Below are positions 16,496 to 22,164 of a stretch of DNA of 29,604 nt, in pieces. The notes under the pieces were generated by a model. That model saw nothing but the letters and a program-made list of their open reading frames with translations, searched no databases and had not been told where the DNA came from. A program made the translations under genes and the position numbers. Source of the DNA: a virus (lineage: Duplodnaviria; Caudoviricetes); the IMG/VR virus record IMGVR_UViG_3300020044_007822, positions 1 through 29,604 of that record; one strand, given 5' to 3'. How positions within the stretch are numbered: the stretch's first letter is position 1; each line of letters begins with the position of its first letter.

Positions 16496-16545
16496 TTTTC
16501 AATAGTCAGCGCCGTGTAAGTTTCAACCAGCAAGGTAAACAAGTC

Positions 16546-16707
16546 ATGACAACAGAAGAAATCATCACCGACGACGACGTGTGCGAAGCCTGCGCAAGGC
16601 TGTACCGGTTTGCAACTGAGGAAAATAAAAGAGTGGTGCTGGCAATGCTTAAGCACTTTCTTGCTTCTCACCCTGAATTGCAGGTTATTTCAAAGGAAAC
16701 ACTATGA
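16546..16707 (+). CDS. 53-aa hypothetical protein, absent from the ORF track
   Basis: AAGG RBS; ATGA overlap with next gene. Confidence 0.6.
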   Translation: MTTEEIITDDDVCEACARLYRFATEENKRVVLAMLKHFLASHPELQVISKETL

Positions 16708-17051
16708 AAGACTTCACCGGCTGCGTTCGTGGCTTTCATCATTTATCAGCTGCGTGGTATGCCAGCTCCGCACTGCTTGAGCGTGATGTGAAGGCCTACA
16801 TGATGATTGGCATGTATCACTGCGATGGCTGGACTATGGGCGAGTTTGCTATCAAGTGGCTAGACATTGGCGCGGGTCTTGCTGCGGCTCGCCTTGAAGT
16901 TTTCAGCGATGCATGGGCCGCGCTGGCTGAGTTCGCCGATTTGCTCGAAGCGCTCAAAAACAACGACAACCAAAAAATCCAGCCATTGCGCATGTGCGAG
17001 CTGCTGCGCGGCTTGGGCATTAAAGACCTGACCAAATACACACAAGGATAA
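16704..17051 (+). CDS. Hypothetical phage protein
   Basis: ORF in operon; GEFAIKW...RLEVFSDAW..L. Confidence 0.75.
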   Translation: MKDFTGCVRGFHHLSAAWYASSALLERDVKAYMMIGMYHCDGWTMGEFAIKWLDIGAGLAAARLEVFSDAWAALAEFADLLEALKNNDNQKIQPLRMCELLRGLGIKDLTKYTQG

Positions 17052-17053
17052 CC

Positions 17054-17506
17054 ATGAGCAACGATAAGACCCTGGCAGCGCCAGTGACGGATGAAGATAT
17101 TAATCTGGCAAGCATCCTCATTCACAAAGTAATTGGAAATTGGTGCAGCATAAAAAATGAACTGATAAGAGAAGTTTTTGAGCAATTCGCCGCTGGCCGC
17201 GAAGGCTGGCACCGCGCCATCTTGGCTGAATGCGCCACCATTGGTGCCTGCTATCAGGAATCAGACCCGGCAAAGACGGTGCGCGACCTGATTGAATATC
17301 ACCGCAAGGATGCAGTTTGGCACCATGAGCAGGAGTCGGCTGGCCGGGTTGCCGCATCCACTGCGCCAGAAACCACTAAAGTAGAAATTGAACTACCCGA
17401 TGGCGATCTTCGCAAAGCGCGAGTTGTATACAGCACTTACAAAGGCGAAGTTCTGCACCTGTGTGCTGTGATTGACGCAGCCATGGCTGCTAAGGACGCA
17501 TCATGA
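17054..17506 (+). CDS. Hypothetical mosaic phage protein
   Basis: RBS AAGGA; ORF. Confidence 0.7.
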   Translation: MSNDKTLAAPVTDEDINLASILIHKVIGNWCSIKNELIREVFEQFAAGREGWHRAILAECATIGACYQESDPAKTVRDLIEYHRKDAVWHHEQESAGRVAASTAPETTKVEIELPDGDLRKARVVYSTYKGEVLHLCAVIDAAMAAKDAS

Positions 17507-17955
17507 AAACCATAAAAATCACATTAACCATACCCGTTGACTATGAAGCTCAATTCCTTCGCGTGGAAGCTGAACCCCGCTATTGGGAAGATGCTGAAAT
17601 AAATGGGCAACCCGATGAACATGGGACAACAACACCGCTGCGCATTGGCGAATGTTGGGCACCTACTATCGACTTAGTTGCTGGTTCAATCCTGAATTGG
17701 CCTATAGGCATTACAGCCGACATACATTTCAAAGTCTGCGACCAGGGTGAATATTGGCTTCAGGATGCCAACGGCAAAGACTTCGCAAAATATGCAAGCA
17801 GCTATGTTCCGGGCTTGTTGAGCGTTGGAGAAAGTGGCTATGGCGATTACATCATCATGAAAGTTGGCCCAGACGGGAAAATCAAGAATTGGGTAACCCC
17901 ACAATTTGATGAAGACAATTTTCTGTCTTGGCTGGCTATTGGAGACGCATCATGA
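17503..17955 (+). CDS. Conserved phage hypothetical protein
   Basis: RYWEDA.ING...W.P.ID...G.I.NWP.G...IHFKVCD.G.Y...GYGDYI motif. Confidence 0.8.
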   Translation: MKTIKITLTIPVDYEAQFLRVEAEPRYWEDAEINGQPDEHGTTTPLRIGECWAPTIDLVAGSILNWPIGITADIHFKVCDQGEYWLQDANGKDFAKYASSYVPGLLSVGESGYGDYIIMKVGPDGKIKNWVTPQFDEDNFLSWLAIGDAS

Positions 17956-18191
17956 CCAAGGCTGAAATCATCGCAATGGCTGTTGAGTGCGGGGCTGAAC
18001 TGTTTGAACAACAAAACGGGAATGATGCAACTCGCAAATACAACGTATACATCATCACGCCGGATGAAATCGAAAAATTCGCAGCCCGCATTGCAGAAAA
18101 GGCGATTGCAGAGCATCTTGCAAAGCAAAGCGCACCTGTGCTGCCCGAATTGCCACTGCAGCGGCATATACGAAAAGCGCTTGGCCTGTAA
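17952..18191 (+). CDS. Hypothetical protein
   Basis: GGAG RBS before ATG 17952; MTKAEIIAMA.ECG. Confidence 0.7.
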   Translation: MTKAEIIAMAVECGAELFEQQNGNDATRKYNVYIITPDEIEKFAARIAEKAIAEHLAKQSAPVLPELPLQRHIRKALGL

Positions 18192-18210
18192 CCACACAAA
18201 GGAATTGAAT

Positions 18211-18852
18211 ATGAGCGACAACACCCCAAAACGAATAGCTGCCTGCTTGGACGCATGCAAAGGCATGAGCACCGATTTACTTGAAAACATTCTCATCATG
18301 GGCGACACCATCGCCAGCAGATTCAAGCGGCGCGACGAGACAGAGCGTGAATTGGTCGCCGAGAACGACACCCTGCGCGCCCGCATTTCAGAGCTTGAAG
18401 CGGCTCAGGCTGTGCCAGTGCCATCCATCCCAGACTCACCGCAAATTGACGCGATCTGGCAAGAGTTTTTCGCCACCGATGCGTTTAAAGCAAGTATTGC
18501 ATACGCAAAAGCTGGTGCGTTTGAGTGCGCTTTGTACACCGCCTTCCGTTCTGGTGTTGCCGTCAAGACTGCTGCACCCAGCCCGCAAGCAGAGCCATTG
18601 CCAGACCATACCGCGCAAGCCCTCAACATGGTCGGCCAGCCGCTGACTGATGAGCAGATTGACGCAGCAGTGAACAAAGCCCGGAAAGAGTGGCGCGCCA
18701 AATGCGATGAGCATAACCAGTGGTGTGACCTGGGCGACGATGAGAAATTCTTGCTTGTTGCCCGAGCTATTGAGTCGGCTGTACGTGCGCAGGGTGATGG
18801 CTGGTTACCGATTGAATCCGCGCCACCCAATGCACAAGGAGCCGCCAAATGA
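18211..18852 (+). CDS. Hypothetical mosaic phage protein
   Basis: AAGGA RBS before ATG 18211; RIAACLDACKGMST, PLTDEQI and WLPIESAP modules. Confidence 0.7.
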   Translation: MSDNTPKRIAACLDACKGMSTDLLENILIMGDTIASRFKRRDETERELVAENDTLRARISELEAAQAVPVPSIPDSPQIDAIWQEFFATDAFKASIAYAKAGAFECALYTAFRSGVAVKTAAPSPQAEPLPDHTAQALNMVGQPLTDEQIDAAVNKARKEWRAKCDEHNQWCDLGDDEKFLLVARAIESAVRAQGDGWLPIESAPPNAQGAAK

Positions 18853-18879
18853 AACACAGCCCCCGAAGGGGCTGTGTTC
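18853..18879. terminator. GC-rich hairpin, possible terminator or processing stem
   Basis: acacagcccc-cgaa-ggggctgtgt directly after a stop codon; U-tract weak. Confidence 0.55.
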
Positions 18880-18962
18880 TGGTATCAATTTGTACACGGG
18901 TGATGCCGCGTCCTTGAAACCATCCTGTGAGAGGGGATCTACATTTTATCAGTGAACACACA

Positions 18963-19307
18963 ATGACTCAAGCAATGACTAGTTTGATTTTGACCGGCGA
19001 CGATAACACCCCAGCAATGCCGATGACCGAGGCGCAGGTAAACCACTTACGGCGGTTGCTGGCTTGGATGCGCTGCGAGTACACGCTGGATGAAGACATG
19101 CAGCGCGGCTACCTTCAAGGCGTTGCTGGATGCGTTTCACACGGTTTTGCTACGCCAGATCGCGCCAGCGAACTCGTTCAAAAACAGGTTGACCGGATAA
19201 ACCATGTCCCGGCCTATGTTCGTCAAGGGGTCAGGATGTTGACAAAAGCAATCCGTGACCATGAAAAACAGGCTGGAATTGTTGATGCACAAGGGGCCAA
19301 GCAATGA
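18963..19307 (+). CDS. Hypothetical protein
   Basis: ORF; start uncertain (18963, 18975 or 18927). Confidence 0.65.
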   Translation: MTQAMTSLILTGDDNTPAMPMTEAQVNHLRRLLAWMRCEYTLDEDMQRGYLQGVAGCVSHGFATPDRASELVQKQVDRINHVPAYVRQGVRMLTKAIRDHEKQAGIVDAQGAKQ

Positions 19308-19573
19308 CAGACCAGACATCAGAAACACCCGTGCAAGACGCCTTCGAGGAATGGTTTTGCGGCGGCGGAAAACTTGAGCGGTCACCTGGTGGCTACTCGC
19401 TGATGAGTGCGCAATCTGCGTGGGTTGCTTGGCAGGCTGGGGCCGAGTGGTCAGCGAAAAAAGAGCGCGAGGCCTGTGCCATTGTTGGCGGGCGAACTGC
19501 AGAACTTTGCAAAAACTTTCCAGATGGTCAGCGTGTTGCCGATGCGATTCGTGCAAGAGGGGAAAAGCAATGA
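19304..19573 (+). CDS. Hypothetical phage protein
   Basis: AFEEWF...AWVAWQAG...EREACA...DAIRARGE motifs. Confidence 0.8.
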   Translation: MTDQTSETPVQDAFEEWFCGGGKLERSPGGYSLMSAQSAWVAWQAGAEWSAKKEREACAIVGGRTAELCKNFPDGQRVADAIRARGEKQ

Positions 19574-19899
19574 CAGAAAAACAGATGTTGGAGTTTGCGG
19601 CCAAGGCTGCGGGCTATCAAGTTGCAAGACTTGCAGATGACGGGGAAAGCCTGCTGCTTGTGGGTATTCAGGAGCCTTGGAACCCGCTTGAAGATGACGG
19701 CGCTGCGCAGCGGTTGGCCGCACACCTTCGCTTACGCATCCTGCCAGGCAAATACAAGGGCGACGGCTGCACCGTGGAGCCGCACAATCGCCCCGGAATT
19801 GTCAGCGTCACCGTGTTCCGTGACAGTGGCGACATGGCTGAACAGATGCGGCGCGCTATCGTGATGGTTGCCGCAGCCATTGGGGAGCAAATGAAATAA
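19570..19899 (+). CDS. Conserved phage hypothetical protein
   Basis: LEFAAKAAG...WNPLEDDG.A.RLA...RRAIV..AAAIG motif. Confidence 0.8.
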   Translation: MTEKQMLEFAAKAAGYQVARLADDGESLLLVGIQEPWNPLEDDGAAQRLAAHLRLRILPGKYKGDGCTVEPHNRPGIVSVTVFRDSGDMAEQMRRAIVMVAAAIGEQMK

Positions 19900-19949
19900 T
19901 TTTCCACCTAACCGCCTGAGATGGCATACAATAAAAACAGAAAAAGTTT

Positions 19950-20660
19950 GTTTTAGAGGCTGGGGCATCCCGGCTGGTGCAGATGCAAGCTCTGACAACC
20001 TCCCGTGTGAGCGAAAGCAAGGCGCGGGGCTATCATCAAAAAATTGCCCAAGGGGTGTGGAAACCCGGCGCGAAGCACTGAAGCGCGGCCCATGGCGAAG
20101 GTGTCTTGTTGACCGGGCTCGCAGAGCATCCACTCTGCAGGCGGCAGTGTTTTGATGATGGTTCCTTGGTAAGTCGAGAGCAACCCTTATGGTTAGCCGG
20201 TGCGTCATAGCACAGGACATGTATCTGGTAATTGGTTTTGCGGGCGAAAGCCGTTAAACATCGGAGCGCAACTTAAAAAGCTTGTGTGCGGCCAACTTAC
20301 CAAGGAGTTATCAAGTAAGCGGCGGCGTTGAAGGAAACGCAGCGGATAGTAACGGAAAGTGCTGGCGCATCCATCCGTGAATTGCGTGCCAGCAGCCAGT
20401 GTCGAATCTGGCCCGCTTACTTGATGAGCTAAGTTACTCTAGACGTACACCCTCTAGAGTCTTAAACGATGGACGTGCCTAAACAATCAGGACTTAGCAC
20501 CATCATCCAAGCAGGGTAAAGCCTGACAACGCATCCGGGTGAAAGTGCCCCGGAGCCAGTTTTGACAACCGAAGCATATCCGGGTTAGCGCCGGGTAGTG
20601 ATTCCTAGGGAACCTTAGCGAGTAAACACTGCTTTATGTGAGTGCTTCGGTTGTCGATTA
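19950..20660 (+). ncRNA. Array of back-to-back structured ncRNA modules
   Basis: Closing stems 20029-20162, 20163-20306, 20308-20427, 20428-20498, 20562-20657; -10-like TACAAT 19927-19932; no credible ORF. Confidence 0.75.
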
Positions 20661-20664
20661 TTTT

Positions 20665-20721
20665 TGCAGGGTAGTTCAGTGGTAGAACTTTCGGTCGCTG
20701 GTTCGAGTCCAGCCCTTGCAA
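20665..20721 (+). ncRNA. tRNA-like element lacking the anticodon arm
   Basis: Acceptor TGCAGGG/CCTTGCA, D arm GTTC-AGTGGTA-GAAC, T arm GCTGG-TTCGAGT-CCAGC; only 8 nt between D and T arms. Confidence 0.8.
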
Positions 20722-20830
20722 TCAGGTTTTGGTGATGTACAATAAATTCTGAAGCGTGTGTTAACTCTTCGTTGACCTTGTGTCCATAAACCCGGCTCAG
20801 CCTCCTACAGCTTTGCCGGGTTTTTGCTTT
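20716..20830 (+). ncRNA. Putative ~80-nt sRNA with own sigma70 promoter and intrinsic terminator
   Basis: TTGCAA(20716)-16-TACAAT(20738); terminator aaacccggc...gccgggtttttgctttt with CCTCCT in the loop. Confidence 0.6.
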
Positions 20831-20889
20831 TCCGGTTTCAAACCGGAGAAGTCCCGAAACGGAAATTTCCGTATCGAAACTAAAGCATT

Positions 20890-20922
20890 AAAAAAGCCCG
20901 CCAGTTTTGACGCTGGCGGGCC
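20890..20922 (-). terminator. Intrinsic terminator of the late (tail/lysis) operon
   Basis: gcccgccag...ctggcgggc followed by a U-tract on the minus strand. Confidence 0.8.
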
Positions 20923-20956
20923 AATCGCTGTGATCAGCGAACACACTGCGAGACAT

Positions 20957-21034
20957 TCAGTTAGTCAGCATCCAGTGAATGCATACACCTGCAACAATGC
21001 CGACAATCAGGCCCAGCGCAAAGCCTGAAATCAT
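20957..21034 (-). CDS. 25-aa hydrophobic peptide
   Basis: MISGFALGLIVGIVAGVCIHWMLTN; ATGA-coupled to the upstream peptide. Confidence 0.5.
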   Translation of the reverse strand: MISGFALGLIVGIVAGVCIHWMLTN

Positions 21035-21150
21035 TTATCTCTTACCCACTCACACAAGGCCACAGCGCGGCCAGCGATGAACACGGCCACCAGCACCAGC
21101 TCAACCAGCCAGACGGCAGGAGCCAGGGCGATGCGAAGGAGGCGGTTCAT
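21031..21150 (-). CDS. 39-aa hydrophobic peptide
   Basis: MNRLLRIALAPAVWLVELVLVAVFIAGRAVALCEWVRDK; ATGA-coupled to the endolysin. Confidence 0.55.
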   Translation of the reverse strand: MNRLLRIALAPAVWLVELVLVAVFIAGRAVALCEWVRDK

Positions 21151-21653
21151 TTGATTGCGGTACCAATAGCTATTGCTTGGTCACCATTCATGCCACGAAA
21201 CAGGGCTTGTTCAGCAGCACGGCGACGGGAAAGCCCCATCATTACCTTGCCGTCGTTTTTGTGCCACTTTGGGAACTCCAGCGCAGCCCCTGTGAAATCG
21301 CCCGCGTTGACCTTGCGCATCAGAGTGCTATCCCCCAGACCTTCGGCGATGGTGTCAGCGTCAATATCAAGGCCAACGTTGTAGGCAAAGCACACCAGCG
21401 CATCAAACTGGCCTTGGGTCAGTGGCACACGGGCCAGCCTCATCACCCCGGACTCAAAGCGCGACAGGTCGGACGCGAAAACGATGTCAGCCTTTTCCTT
21501 TGACCACTTCAAGCCTCGATAAACATCAAACCCCGTATGCCCCCAGCCGATAGTCCAGGGCTTTCCGTCCCTGCTGCCAGGGTCGGGGTATGCATCAAGC
21601 ACACATTTTTCAAAATAGTGCATCACTTGGATGCCGTTGGATGAGGTTTTCAT
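21147..21653 (-). CDS. Endolysin, phage lysozyme (GH24)
   Basis: FEKCVLDAYPD...WTIGWGHT, QGQFDALVCFAYNVG, STL.RK.N.GD..GAA.EF.KW, GL.RRR.AE..LF. Confidence 0.95.
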   Translation of the reverse strand: MKTSSNGIQVMHYFEKCVLDAYPDPGSRDGKPWTIGWGHTGFDVYRGLKWSKEKADIVFASDLSRFESGVMRLARVPLTQGQFDALVCFAYNVGLDIDADTIAEGLGDSTLMRKVNAGDFTGAALEFPKWHKNDGKVMMGLSRRRAAEQALFRGMNGDQAIAIGTAIK

Positions 21654-21859
21654 GATGGCGATTGGTCAATGAATTTGCCAACGGCACCCAACACCGCAGC
21701 CGCCAGGGTGGCATAGGCCATTACCGCACCGCCGCCAGGTACAAGCGCCTGTACAGGCTCAGGCAGCGCGAGCCAAGTGCCTTGCATTGTTCCAATCACA
21801 CCAAGAGCAATCAGGCTGTAGTGCTTGAATGCTGCGCGGGGGTTTTCAATGAGTTTCAT
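21650..21859 (-). CDS. Holin candidate
   Basis: 69 aa, two TM segments, W.ALP motif, coupled to endolysin. Confidence 0.75.
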   Translation of the reverse strand: MKLIENPRAAFKHYSLIALGVIGTMQGTWLALPEPVQALVPGGGAVMAYATLAAAVLGAVGKFIDQSPS

Positions 21860-22164
21860 ACGGGTGGCCAGCCTTCCATTTCGGGGATGTTGATGCCGGG
21901 CTGGGCGTGAATGAACCGCTCCAGCTGGAAAATTCGGCGTAAGTACAGGCCTTTTTCTGACTGCATAGACGCCACCTCGGACCGCAAAACGCGTATTTCT
22001 TCGTGCAGTCGGTCGCTCAGTTCGGTTCGAGCTTTGGCTTCTGCCAGTTCTGATTTGACCTGCCGTGCATCAATATGGCTGAGAAGCCACTTCGCGCCGC
22101 CCGCCAGAACCACAAACAGCCCCGTGACAGAGCCAATAAGTATTTGGATGTCAGATGCGCTCAT
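21856..22164 (-). CDS. Lysis-cassette membrane protein (one TM plus coiled coil)
   Basis: Start MSASD overlaps tail spike stop; N-terminal TM helix. Confidence 0.7.
   Translation of the reverse strand: MSASDIQILIGSVTGLFVVLAGGAKWLLSHIDARQVKSELAEAKARTELSDRLHEEIRVLRSEVASMQSEKGLYLRRIFQLERFIHAQPGINIPEMEGWPPV

Noticed and set aside
18880-18960. Riboswitch in the gap after the 18853 hairpin
   Set aside because: Only short weak stems; no consensus I can recognise
20665-20721. attP remnant of a host tRNA 3' end
   Set aside because: It retains the 5' acceptor strand and D arm, and no integrase is adjacent; not fully excluded
19950-20725. CRISPR array or canonical tRNA cluster
   Set aside because: No repeated sequence between modules; no element has a complete anticodon arm
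19732-21028. ORFs 19732..20220, 19953..20183 and 20780..21028
   Set aside because: Cross terminators and RNA stems, lack RBS and protein-like composition
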